Assembly: GCA_963735805.1 (NCBI GenBank)
Contig: CAVTMK010000002.1
Coordinates: forward strand, 704,001-768,000
DNA length: 64,000 nt
From: an uncultured Verrucomicrobiae bacterium
GTDB taxonomy: Bacteria > Verrucomicrobiota > Verrucomicrobiia > Chthoniobacterales > UBA10450
Direction: 5' to 3'
Shown: positions 1-9,231 of the stretch, piece by piece
How positions within the stretch are numbered: position 1 is the stretch's first letter
Layout of the letters: every line of letters begins with the position of its first letter
Position numbers and translations under genes: made by a program
The notes under the pieces: generated by a model
Seen by the model: the letters and a program-made list of their open reading frames with translations, nothing else
What the model was told of the DNA's origin: nothing
Database searches by the model: none

Positions 1-27
1 TGGACGAACCGACGTCAGCGCCCTTGG

Positions 28-642
28 CTACAGTCCCGTGCTCGCAAATTTTTCCCAATAAGTTCGGTCCAGGTTGCGCAAGAGAACGATCGCAAAACTT
101 TGCCGATCGACTGGTTTGCCAAGCGCCGTCGCCAGAGAAATGGCTGTGGGTTGCAATGCTTTCGGAAAATCTTCGCGAGACTGATTCATATTGACCCCGA
201 TACCGGCGACAGCCAGATGCGGTGCTTTCTCCCGTGCCCGCATCTCTACCAGGACGCCGGCGACCTTTCGCCCATCGATTTGCACATCGTTTGGAGGTTT
301 AATGGTAGGCGTGAGAGAAAATTCGCTTTGCATTGCACCGGCGATGGCTTCGGCCGCCCAGGTAGTGAGTCGCGGTGAACTCGCGAGGTCGATCTTCGGT
401 TGTAAAAGAATTGAAAACCAGAGTCCCTTTCCGGCTGCCGATTCCCACCGATTGCCGTGCTGACCGCGCCCGGCGGTTTGATGTTCGGCGAAGACAACCA
501 AACCCTCCTTTGGATTCGCGTTTGCGATTTGCAAAATCGCATCGTTAGTCGAGCCAGTTCGCTCGAGAACGATGATCTCCCGGCCGATTACGACGCTGCC
601 GAGGTCGGCCTGCAATTCCTCAGCGATCAGCCGGTCTACCAT
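28..642 (-). CDS. birA: Biotin--[acetyl-CoA carboxylase] ligase, catalytic domain only
   Basis: Motifs STND, AEHQTAGRGQHGNRW, IKPPNDV, KVAGVLVE and GIGVN. No N-terminal HTH; the protein ends before the usual C-terminal domain. Confidence 0.93.
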   Translation of the reverse strand: MVDRLIAEELQADLGSVVIGREIIVLERTGSTNDAILQIANANPKEGLVVFAEHQTAGRGQHGNRWESAAGKGLWFSILLQPKIDLASSPRLTTWAAEAIAGAMQSEFSLTPTIKPPNDVQIDGRKVAGVLVEMRAREKAPHLAVAGIGVNMNQSREDFPKALQPTAISLATALGKPVDRQSFAIVLLRNLDRTYWEKFASTGL

Positions 643-651
643 CCTTAAGTC

Positions 652-1500
652 TCAACCGGGAACCTGAGTCATTTCCAAACTCATATCGATAGCGCGCGCG
701 GCGTTCGTAAGGCCGCCGATGGAAATGTAATCGACTCCCGTCGCTGCGATGCGCTTCACGTTTTTTAGAGTGATACCGCCGCTTGCTTCAAACTTGATAT
801 TGTCCCTCCTTAAGGCGATGGCCTCTCGAATCTGCGCGGGGGCCATGTTGTCGAGAAGGATGACGTCAATGCCATCAACTTCAGCAAAGGCGCGCGCTTG
901 CTCAAGATCATCAGCCTCCACTTCGATTCGGATGTTTGGTCGCTCCTGACGAAGCTGACGAATGCGATCGGCAAAGCTGGAAAGGCCTCCAAAGGTGGCG
1001 AGGTGATTGTCCTTCACGAGTACCATGTCGTATAAGCCAAAGCGATGATTAACCCCGCCTCCCGCGACCACTGCGGCCTTTTCCAAGGCTCGCAATCCGG
1101 GCGCAGTTTTGCGTGTATCTAGAATCTTGGCTGGATGGTTTCCAACGGCATCAACAAATTGGCGCGTAAGGGTAGCGATACCGCAGAGACGCTGCAGAAA
1201 ATTCAGCGCGACGCGTTCCGCCTTCAAAATCGAGCGCGCCAGACCGCGCACTTCGATGATAAGGTCGCCAGCGACAACTTCTGCGCCATCTAGTCGAATA
1301 ATCTGGATATCGATGGAAGGATCGACACGCCGAAAAACTTCGGCTGCGGCTCCCGTGCCGGCTACGATGGCATTTTCACGCGCGGTGATGCGTCCGCTTG
1401 CGTGGAGGGTTTCTGGGACGAAAAAATCAGTCGTAATATCACCTTCACCGATGTCCTCCTTGAGAGCCGCTTCAATCGGATCGTAACGCTCTGGTTTCAT
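652..1500 (-). CDS. nadC: Nicotinate-nucleotide pyrophosphorylase (quinolinate phosphoribosyltransferase)
   Basis: Motifs ALKEDIG.GDITT, ERVALNFLQ, DTRKTAPG, HRFGLYD, KDNH, EVEAD, LLDN and EASGGI. Start placed at the ATG of MKPERY. Confidence 0.96.
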   Translation of the reverse strand: MKPERYDPIEAALKEDIGEGDITTDFFVPETLHASGRITARENAIVAGTGAAAEVFRRVDPSIDIQIIRLDGAEVVAGDLIIEVRGLARSILKAERVALNFLQRLCGIATLTRQFVDAVGNHPAKILDTRKTAPGLRALEKAAVVAGGGVNHRFGLYDMVLVKDNHLATFGGLSSFADRIRQLRQERPNIRIEVEADDLEQARAFAEVDGIDVILLDNMAPAQIREAIALRRDNIKFEASGGITLKNVKRIAATGVDYISIGGLTNAARAIDMSLEMTQVPG

Positions 1501-1687
1501 AGAAGTTGCTGAGCACTGGTGGATCATCCGGATTCAAACGTCCGCCGGCAGAGCGAAGAACGATAAGCGCGAAATCCAAACCCGTCTATCGACTCACCAG
1601 TGGCAGGCGTGTGGCTCGGGATGCCTCGGAAGAGCGAGATATGAGCAAAAGCGTCGAATAGACGGCAGCTTAAATGGACAAAAAGAT

Positions 1688-1770
1688 AAAAAAAGATTCG
1701 GGCAGCGCACGTTAAGGAGAAACAACGAATATAAGAAACGTGCAACCACCCGAATCGCCTTAACCTGTTG
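1688..1770 (-). ncRNA. Candidate small RNA or large-loop intrinsic terminator hairpin
   Basis: GATTCGGG (1695-1702) pairs with CCCGAATC (1749-1756), and GCACGTT (1707-1713) with AACGTGC (1737-1743). G-U wobbles complete the stem only on the minus strand, where a U7 tract follows. The loop contains UUUCUCCUU. Confidence 0.45.
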
Positions 1771-1877
1771 AGTTTGACACTTGGTAGGGACGCACGTTCA
1801 AGTTTTTTACGAAAAATCCGTGTCAGGCGTTACTAAATGGAAGTCAGGCAGTTATAAACGCCTTTACCCGCCGGCAC

Positions 1878-2792
1878 TTACAGGAGGTTCGGCTGCGCAT
1901 CACTCCCGAGTCGCCCCGCCTCGTCGCGAACTTCCTGGAGCAACGATTTGAATTCACACTGCTCCAGCGAACGGATCAGATTCGGATAATCGGGCTTGAT
2001 CCGAAGCTGATCGATTGGCACCGGCAATTCCAGATGGCAATCCAAGTCAACCATCTTCCGGTTTTCCAAAATTTGCTCACGTGAATTCATAAGTTTCTCC
2101 CGGGCGCGTGTGCTTTTCACCTTGTCGACGTTGGCTAGCAATACATCGAGTCCGCCGAATTCACGAATTAGCGCTGCGGCGGTTTTTCGCCCCAGGCCGA
2201 CGCCAGGGATGTTATCGACGGAATCGCCGGCCAGTGCCAGAACGTCGCCGATAAGATTCGGCGAAACCTCCCATTTCGCAGCGACATGTTCTTCGCTTAG
2301 CAAGGCGAACGCATCCTTTGGTGAAGCAAGGTCCGCTTTCGCCGTGGTATAAACTTTTACGCAGGGACCCACCAACTGGTACAAATCCTTGTCATTTGTT
2401 GCGAGTACAACTTCCATTTCGGGGCGCTTGCAGGCGGCTATCGCATAACAACCCATCAGGTCGTCGGCCTCCGTGTTTGGGAGCGAGATATTCCGAAACC
2501 CCAGCAATGCAGTTAGCGTTTCCTGGATGAATTGTAGCTGTGGGACCATCGGTTTGGGCATTTCTTTGCGCGTCTCCTTGTAGGCGGGCTGCAGCTTCAC
2601 CCGGCGTTCCGGCATTCCTTCATCCCAAAAAACTGCACCCAATTCCGGTTGCAAATGCTTAATCATGAGGCGCAACGTTTTTGTGAAGCCGAAAATCGCG
2701 TTGGTCGGTTCGCCTTTGGAATTCGAGAGATTCGGGATAGCAAAAAATGAGCGATAAACGTAATAGTGGCCATCGATAAGCAGTAGTTTCAT
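1878..2792 (-). CDS. Stand-alone 5'-3' exonuclease/flap endonuclease (PolI N-terminal domain family)
   Basis: Motifs LLLIDGH..YRSFFA, PTNAIFGF, YKETR, EADD, DKDLYQL and LAGDSVDNIPGV.GRKTA (H3TH). No polymerase domain. Confidence 0.9.
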   Translation of the reverse strand: MKLLLIDGHYYVYRSFFAIPNLSNSKGEPTNAIFGFTKTLRLMIKHLQPELGAVFWDEGMPERRVKLQPAYKETRKEMPKPMVPQLQFIQETLTALLGFRNISLPNTEADDLMGCYAIAACKRPEMEVVLATNDKDLYQLVGPCVKVYTTAKADLASPKDAFALLSEEHVAAKWEVSPNLIGDVLALAGDSVDNIPGVGLGRKTAAALIREFGGLDVLLANVDKVKSTRAREKLMNSREQILENRKMVDLDCHLELPVPIDQLRIKPDYPNLIRSLEQCEFKSLLQEVRDEAGRLGSDAQPNLL

Positions 2793-2822
2793 CGTAAAAG
2801 GCTGGTACTGGATTCTGAATGC

Positions 2823-3965
2823 ATGATACGGGATGATCAAGGTGTGACCGAAGAATGGATCGTACGCGTTGATGGCAGAGAATATGGACCTGCCAATATC
2901 GACATACTGCGTGAGTGGAAAGAGGAAGGCAGAGTGCTTGCCGCAAACGAAGCTCGCCGCGCAGACGCTGAGCTGTGGATGTTGGCGGCGGAGATCCCCG
3001 GATTATTCGATGTAAAGGCGCTAACCACAGCCCATGCCCTGCAGCCAATCCCATCGACAAGTTCAGAAGACGCTCCGCCGTGGCTACCGGCTCGCAGCCT
3101 GGGTCAGATTTTAGCCGAGACGGTTCGGATTTATGCCAAAGGCTTTCTTCAATTCCTTCCCCTCACTCTTTTGGTAGTTTTGCCTTCGATGTGCGGGCAA
3201 CTGGCCGCCCTTTGGACGCAGACTGGCAAGACCTCGGATGCTGATCTGCGCGTTCTCGCTGCGGGGGGATTTGCTTTTTTGATGTTTATCTTCTCGATGG
3301 CGATGTGGCCTGTTTATCTGGCAGGGATTCAAATCTTCACTGCCGAAATTATGGCTGGGCGCCGCCCAGGATTTTTCGTTGCGCTCAACGACGCTGTCCG
3401 GTTTTGGCCACGAGTCGCGTCGCTATGCGTCTTCGTCTACGGCATTTTCTTCTTGCTGACCGTGTTTGCGTTGCTGATCGCAGGAATGGTTATTGCCGGA
3501 GCATCGTCGGTCTTTGTGATCTTTCTCGCGCTAGCTCTCCTGATCCTGCAGGTTTGGATGTTTGGTCGTTTCTTTATCAATGTGCTCTTTTGGCAGCAGT
3601 TTGCGGTGCTCGAAAATGCAGGAGTCATCGATTCGCTGCGCGAAAGTCGAAATCTGGCGCGTAGCGGGCGCGAGCTTCCGTGGTTTCAACGGCCGGCGTG
3701 GCGCGGAGCTTTCATTGCATCTCTCTGGTTTGCGTTTGTTCTGGCAATAGCGCTGTTCTCGGGGTGGACGACGTTACAACATTCTTTTAATGACTTAATG
3801 ACAACACAGGACCCCCAAGCGATGCTCCAGAAACTGACAGAAACCCAGCATGCGCACGGTTTTGACGTTTCAAGCTTTGCCCTGGGCCTTTTGCAAAAAA
3901 TTCTTCAACCCCTGGTCGGAATCGCGTTTGTCATCCTCTTCATTGATAGTCGAAGAGAACGGTAG
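2823..3965 (+). CDS. Membrane protein with N-terminal GYF_2 (DUF4339)-like domain
   Basis: WIVRVDGREYGP....LREW..EGR motif followed by several hydrophobic helices. Confidence 0.7.
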   Translation: MIRDDQGVTEEWIVRVDGREYGPANIDILREWKEEGRVLAANEARRADAELWMLAAEIPGLFDVKALTTAHALQPIPSTSSEDAPPWLPARSLGQILAETVRIYAKGFLQFLPLTLLVVLPSMCGQLAALWTQTGKTSDADLRVLAAGGFAFLMFIFSMAMWPVYLAGIQIFTAEIMAGRRPGFFVALNDAVRFWPRVASLCVFVYGIFFLLTVFALLIAGMVIAGASSVFVIFLALALLILQVWMFGRFFINVLFWQQFAVLENAGVIDSLRESRNLARSGRELPWFQRPAWRGAFIASLWFAFVLAIALFSGWTTLQHSFNDLMTTQDPQAMLQKLTETQHAHGFDVSSFALGLLQKILQPLVGIAFVILFIDSRRER

Positions 3966-4033
3966 CAGCTGTGCAACTGCAACAGCGCAAACCGGCTCGG
4001 ATTGCATCAATTTCGGGGACTACCCCGACCTGC

Positions 4034-4723
4034 TCAATCGGCCTGTCGGCTCTGCAAGAGAAGTTGCGCAATCCTGCTAAAGTGACGGCCAATATAAGTA
4101 AGATAAGCGATAAACGAAACCAGTTGAGCGGTGATTAACCAAACGTGGGCGCCGCGAGTAATGAATAAGTCAGACCGGAGCCAAATGGCGAGTGCGCAGG
4201 CGAGATTGAGGAAAAAAAGCAATGGAACGAGGAAATAAATGTTCCGCAACTGATCGGTTCTGGCACGCGCGTAAAGAGCCCGATCGGTGTCGTTACGTGC
4301 TTCTACGATGCGCGCATGAATTAGTCGCATATCGTAGATGAACAGCAGCCACACTGCGGCGGCGTAAGTGGCGCTCAGCTGGAACCACGCCAGGGGATCG
4401 TCAAGGCGACTAAAAAGGACCGCTTCGCCCAACGCACAACCGATGTAGAAGAAGTTATGCCCAAACTCCATGGGCCAGCGAATCAGCGTGAGCGTATGAA
4501 TGATCGAGCGCGACCAGAAAATAAATATCACACACAAGCCGGCGGCGACATAGGGAAACGAATCCCAGTGTCGCATCGTGAAAACCGCTCGAGCATTGTC
4601 CGTTAAGAAAAAAAGGGCCACGCCCTGAATAATGCTGGCGAGCGTGAGTTCAACGTTAATTACCAGCGTATCGAGTTCGCGGCGTCCTTCACTCTGCGGG
4701 TTCACGACGCGACTCGTAACCAT
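4034..4723 (-). CDS. Hypothetical multi-pass membrane protein
   Basis: 229-aa ORF with about six hydrophobic segments; no family recognised. Confidence 0.65.
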   Translation of the reverse strand: MVTSRVVNPQSEGRRELDTLVINVELTLASIIQGVALFFLTDNARAVFTMRHWDSFPYVAAGLCVIFIFWSRSIIHTLTLIRWPMEFGHNFFYIGCALGEAVLFSRLDDPLAWFQLSATYAAAVWLLFIYDMRLIHARIVEARNDTDRALYARARTDQLRNIYFLVPLLFFLNLACALAIWLRSDLFITRGAHVWLITAQLVSFIAYLTYIGRHFSRIAQLLLQSRQAD

Positions 4724-4883
4724 TCGATGACCAGGATGTCAAGGCACTCGGGTCAGTTCGCCGTTTCCTAGGTGTCCCCCTGGAAAAATGGGGCGCGAAC
4801 CGAACCCCCGCGGCGTTTGATTTACCTCCGAATCTTTTCTGCTTGGCGAATCGGCGAGCGCATCGTAGTTACAGTCTCTTGAT

Positions 4884-5921
4884 ATGGCGGCGAAAACCGA
4901 GCAAAAAACCAGCGAAGATAAGGTCACCGCGGCGCGGAATAAGAATCTTGACCTGGCAATTCAACAGATCGCGAAAGACTACGGCGAAGGCGCGATTATG
5001 CGCCTCGGCGATGACAAAATTGTCGATATCGACGTCATTCCCACCGGGAATATTTTGATTGATCGCGCGCTCGGCGTCGGTGGATTCCCAAGGGGCAGGG
5101 TCGTCGAAGTATTTGGCCCTGAGTCTTCCGGGAAAACCACGCTGACTTTGACGGTGATTGCGCAAGCGCAAAAACGCGGCGGACTCGCGGCCTTTATTGA
5201 CGTCGAGCATGCTCTGGATCCCGCGTATGCAAAACGGCTTGGCGTTGACCTGGACGATCTTCTGGTTTCTCAGCCGAGCTCTGGCGAGGAAGCGCTGCGA
5301 ATTTGCGAGACGCTGATACGCTCCAATGCTCTGGACGTCATTGTAGTTGATTCGGTGGCAGCACTCGTAACCAGAGCGGAGCTGGAGGGCGAGATCGGCG
5401 ACACGACCGTAGGCGCACAAGCGCGCTTGATGAGCGCGGCGCTGCGCAAGCTTACCTCGCTCATTTCAAAAGCGCGGACCTGCTGCATTTTCACGAATCA
5501 AATTCGCGAAAAGATCGGAGTCATGTTCGGAAACCCGGAGACAACGCCCGGTGGGAAAGCGCTGAAGTTTTACGCCAGCGTGCGCGCCGATATTCGACGG
5601 ATCGGCGCAATCAAGCAGACTGACGGCGTTGTTACGGGAAATCGGACTCGCATTAAGATTGTGAAGAACAAGGTTGCACCCCCATTTACGGAAGCCGAGT
5701 TCGACATCATGTACAACGAGGGAATTTCATCGACCGGCGCGCTGCTCGATCTCGCCTTGGAAAAACAAGTTGTCGAGAAACGTGGTTCCTGGTTGAACTA
5801 CAAGGGCACACAACTTGCCCAGGGCCGTGATGCTGCGAAAGAAGTTTTGAAGAACGACAAAGCGCTGTACGAAGAAATTGAGTCGGCAGTGAAAACCCGG
5901 CTCGACGAGGAAAAAGACTAG
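4884..5921 (+). CDS. recA: Recombinase A
   Basis: Motifs [55 protein letters not shown] and KNKVAPPF. Confidence 0.99.
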   Translation: MAAKTEQKTSEDKVTAARNKNLDLAIQQIAKDYGEGAIMRLGDDKIVDIDVIPTGNILIDRALGVGGFPRGRVVEVFGPESSGKTTLTLTVIAQAQKRGGLAAFIDVEHALDPAYAKRLGVDLDDLLVSQPSSGEEALRICETLIRSNALDVIVVDSVAALVTRAELEGEIGDTTVGAQARLMSAALRKLTSLISKARTCCIFTNQIREKIGVMFGNPETTPGGKALKFYASVRADIRRIGAIKQTDGVVTGNRTRIKIVKNKVAPPFTEAEFDIMYNEGISSTGALLDLALEKQVVEKRGSWLNYKGTQLAQGRDAAKEVLKNDKALYEEIESAVKTRLDEEKD

Positions 5922-6069
5922 CCCGGTTGGCATCTCGCTTCGTTGCTATCCGCCTGCGGCGGTCTCCACTTGCCAGTTAAGTGGCCTGTCTCCGCAGGTC
6001 GGTTTCCAGAGTTGCCGTTTCAGGTTTCCTGAAATTCATGTTTATTCGTGTTCATTGCCGATTAGTAAG

Positions 6070-9054
6070 ATGACCTCAGCGCAAGTCAGACAATCATTTC
6101 TCGATTTCTTTCGCCAGAAAGGGCACACGATTGTGCCGTCGTCGTCACTGTTGCCAGACGCGCCAAATCTGCTTTTCACCAACGCTGGGATGAACCAGTT
6201 CGTGCCGATTTTTCTTGGGCAACAAAAACCTTCCTGGAAGCCGGCACGGGTGGTGGATACGCAGAAATGCATACGCGCCGGGGGCAAACATAACGACCTG
6301 GAAGATGTGGGACTCGACACTTATCACCACACATTTTTCGAAATGCTCGGTAATTGGAGCTTTGGTGATTATTTCAAAAAGGAAGCAATCGAGTGGGCTT
6401 GGGAATTACTCGTCGAACGCTGGAAATTTCCTGCGCAACGACTTTATGCGACGGTTTACAAGCCCGGTCCAGGCGACCCAAGCGAATTCGATCAGGAAGC
6501 TTACGATCACTGGGCGCGTTTGTTTCGCGAGGCCGATCTCGATCCGACTGTTCACGTTCTGAATGGTGGAAAAACGGATAATTTCTGGATGATGGGCGAC
6601 ACCGGCCCGTGCGGGCCGTGTTCGGAAGTTCACGTCGATCTCACCCCGGATGGCGATACGCGTGGGACGCTTGTGAACAAGAACGATCCGCATTGCATGG
6701 AGATTTGGAATCTCGTTTTCATCCAGTTCAACGCGCAACCTGTAGCCGGGGGCGGTGACCCCGGCCGCATCGAGTATGTCCCGCTTACTGCGCGCCATGT
6801 TGATACCGGAATGGGTTTCGAGCGCGTCACAGCAATTATCCAAGGCACAAAAAGTCTCACCGATTTCTCGGGAACCATCTCGAACTACGACACCGACGTC
6901 TTTCGGCCGATTTTCGATGAGCTCGAAAAACTGAGCGGCGAAAAATACGCATCGACAGTTCCAAAACATAGAACTGGTAGCACGAGCGAGCCAGAAAACA
7001 TCGACGTCGCATTTCGTGTAATTGCGGATCACATTCGGGCGCTCTCGTTTGCAATCGCGGACGGAGTCATTCCGTCAAACGAGGGCCGGGGCTATGTTTT
7101 GCGGCGCATTTTGCGTCGCGCGGTCCGTTACGGTCGCTCGTTGGGATTTCACGAACCCTTCTTCTTCAAGCTTGTCGATATCGTCGCGAAAACCATGGGC
7201 GATGTTTTTCCAGGAGTACGCGAGAAAGAAAAGCACGTTAAAGAAACGATTAAGCGCGAGGAAGTATCGTTTAACAACACGCTAGATAGAGGAATTGAGC
7301 TATTCGAAGGCGTAGTTTTGTTTAACAGCATTTCTGCGGCAGCAACAGAACAAGGGTATCAGGTCAAGAAGGAATATTTCGGTCGATCGAGCGACCCAAA
7401 TCTAGAAGAGTTTACGATCTGGCTGAGTCAGGGCTCGCACCCAGTTGTGGATCTAGATGCTTCACAAGTTCGCGCTGGGGAATGGCGCGAATTCATTAGC
7501 CGTACGCCAGCGGTCTCAGCTGAGGATACATTTAAGTTGTACGACACCTATGGCTTTCCGCTTGATTTAACGGAACTGGTGGCACGGGAGCGAGGGCTAA
7601 CCGTTGACGTTGCTGGCTTTGAGAAGTTGATGGACGAACAGCGCGAACGTGCACGAAAGGCCCAAAAAAAAGAGCAAATCAGCGTCGAAGAAGACCAGCT
7701 AAAAGCCGAACCAACGAAGTTTCTCGGTTATGATTTTCTGGAGACCGAATCGGTCGTCGATACGGTTTTGCCCGGTACCAAACCGAAAGAAGTAAACATC
7801 GTTCTCGATCGGACGCCGTTTTACGCCGAGATGGGCGGACAAGTGGGAGATCGCGGATTGCTTCATGTGCCTGGACATGATCGCACCGAGGTCGGCCAGT
7901 TGCGCGTGATTGATACGCAGAAACGTGGGGACGTTTTTGTTCATCGGGCCGCACTTTTGGAAGGCCGCGCGCCGGAGCCGGGAGAAGCCGTGCGCGTTTC
8001 AGTGGACGCTGATCGCCGCAAACTCATCCAGGGGCATCACACTGTGACCCATTTGCTGCATTGGGCGTTGCACAAAGTCGTCTCGCCCGACGCTTCGCAA
8101 AAAGGAAGTTACGTCGGGCCTGACAAACTGACGTTTGATTTTTCGAGCGCACCTTTGACGAAGGAGCAAGTGCACAGCGTGGAAAAACTCGTCAGCGACA
8201 AGATCGCGGAGAACGCGCCGGTTTCATGGATGGAGATCCCGTACGCAGAAGCGAAACAGCGAAAAGACATTATCCAGTTTTTCGGTGAGAAATACGGCGA
8301 CTCTGTTCGCGTCCTGCAAATCGGTGGGACACCTCGTTCTCTCGACGGTTACTCGATGGAACTGTGCGGCGGCACGCACGTGAGATCGACAAACGAAATC
8401 GGCCCATTCCGAATTGTAAAGGAGGAAGCGATCGCGGCTGGAATTCGCCGGATTGAAGCGGTTGCGGGTGATGCGGCACGCGGTTGGGCGAAACAGGACG
8501 CCGCGCGGCAGCAGGAGAAGTTTGAGGCGTTGGCGCGCAAAAAACCTGACATCGCGCCACTGCCTCTTTTTAAGAACGACGCCACCACTTCTGAAATGCT
8601 ACACCAAATCGATGCGCGAGCGGCGCATCTTGAAAAGATCGAGATTGAAGTTCGCGATTGGGAAAAGCAAAGCGCTAAAACCGCCGAAGCGGAACTGAAA
8701 AGCCGCGCCGCTCAAATCGCGAACCAGTTGGCGGCATCGCATGCAGGAAAAGATTTTTGTGTCGCAGAAGTGCAAGACGGGGACGGGAAACTACTGCAGG
8801 CCGTTGCTGATACATTGAAGTCGAAATTTAATGGTCCGATTTTTCTCGCCGGTGCGGCGAATGGATCAGTTGCGCTCATCGCATCGGTACCGAAGGAGAT
8901 GACGTCGAACGTTCAGGCGAACAAGTTGATTCAGCAGATTGCGCCAATTGTTGACGGAAAAGGCGGTGGTCGGCCGGAGAACGCTCAGGGCGCCGGCAAG
9001 GATTCGAGCAAGATCGCGGATGCGCTGGCAAAAGCGCGAGAGCTTTTGAGCTAG
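6070..9054 (+). CDS. alaS: Alanine--tRNA ligase, with internal insertions
   Basis: Motifs LLFTNAGMNQF, HHTFFEMLGNWSFGDYFK, DTGMGFER, GYVLRRILRRA, FKLYDTYGFP, editing HTVTHLLH and ELCGGTH, and GGGRPENAQG. Confidence 0.99.
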   Translation: MTSAQVRQSFLDFFRQKGHTIVPSSSLLPDAPNLLFTNAGMNQFVPIFLGQQKPSWKPARVVDTQKCIRAGGKHNDLEDVGLDTYHHTFFEMLGNWSFGDYFKKEAIEWAWELLVERWKFPAQRLYATVYKPGPGDPSEFDQEAYDHWARLFREADLDPTVHVLNGGKTDNFWMMGDTGPCGPCSEVHVDLTPDGDTRGTLVNKNDPHCMEIWNLVFIQFNAQPVAGGGDPGRIEYVPLTARHVDTGMGFERVTAIIQGTKSLTDFSGTISNYDTDVFRPIFDELEKLSGEKYASTVPKHRTGSTSEPENIDVAFRVIADHIRALSFAIADGVIPSNEGRGYVLRRILRRAVRYGRSLGFHEPFFFKLVDIVAKTMGDVFPGVREKEKHVKETIKREEVSFNNTLDRGIELFEGVVLFNSISAAATEQGYQVKKEYFGRSSDPNLEEFTIWLSQGSHPVVDLDASQVRAGEWREFISRTPAVSAEDTFKLYDTYGFPLDLTELVARERGLTVDVAGFEKLMDEQRERARKAQKKEQISVEEDQLKAEPTKFLGYDFLETESVVDTVLPGTKPKEVNIVLDRTPFYAEMGGQVGDRGLLHVPGHDRTEVGQLRVIDTQKRGDVFVHRAALLEGRAPEPGEAVRVSVDADRRKLIQGHHTVTHLLHWALHKVVSPDASQKGSYVGPDKLTFDFSSAPLTKEQVHSVEKLVSDKIAENAPVSWMEIPYAEAKQRKDIIQFFGEKYGDSVRVLQIGGTPRSLDGYSMELCGGTHVRSTNEIGPFRIVKEEAIAAGIRRIEAVAGDAARGWAKQDAARQQEKFEALARKKPDIAPLPLFKNDATTSEMLHQIDARAAHLEKIEIEVRDWEKQSAKTAEAELKSRAAQIANQLAASHAGKDFCVAEVQDGDGKLLQAVADTLKSKFNGPIFLAGAANGSVALIASVPKEMTSNVQANKLIQQIAPIVDGKGGGRPENAQGAGKDSSKIADALAKARELLS

Positions 9055-9139
9055 GTAGCGAGGCGAGAGTTCGAAATCGACGCGTGTTGCGTTGCCGGAA
9101 ACCTATCCTTTGGGGTAACGAACGCATGCGTGGGAGGCC

Positions 9140-9210
9140 TGTAGCCACGGCGCTATGTCGCCGTGCGTGTAACGGTGCACTGAGCGCCTCGACACATCGA
9201 GGCGGCTACA
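9140..9210. repeat. GTAG-type REP doublet (REPIN-like) between convergent genes
   Basis: TGTAGCC...GGCTACA inverted ends, each next to a GC hairpin (CACGGCG/CGCCGTG and CGCCTCGA/TCGAGGCG). Confidence 0.8.
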
Positions 9211-9231
9211 ACAACGCTAAGCGAGCTGCGC

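Noticed and set aside
1524..1745. 73-aa minus-strand ORF upstream of nadC
   Set aside because: It has a non-ATG start, runs through a terminator-like U tract and shows no protein-like motifs; RNA structure explains the region better.
1501..1877. Known NAD+ riboswitch upstream of nadC
   Set aside because: I could not recognise NAD-I or NAD-II consensus features by eye, so the region is reported only as unexplained structure.
4724..4883. LexA box upstream of recA
   Set aside because: There is no good match to TGTTC-N4-GAACA, CTGT-N8-ACAG or GAAC-N4-GTTC.
7309..7512. Intein in AlaRS
   Set aside because: The insert is too short and lacks the Cys/Ser start and His-Asn end.
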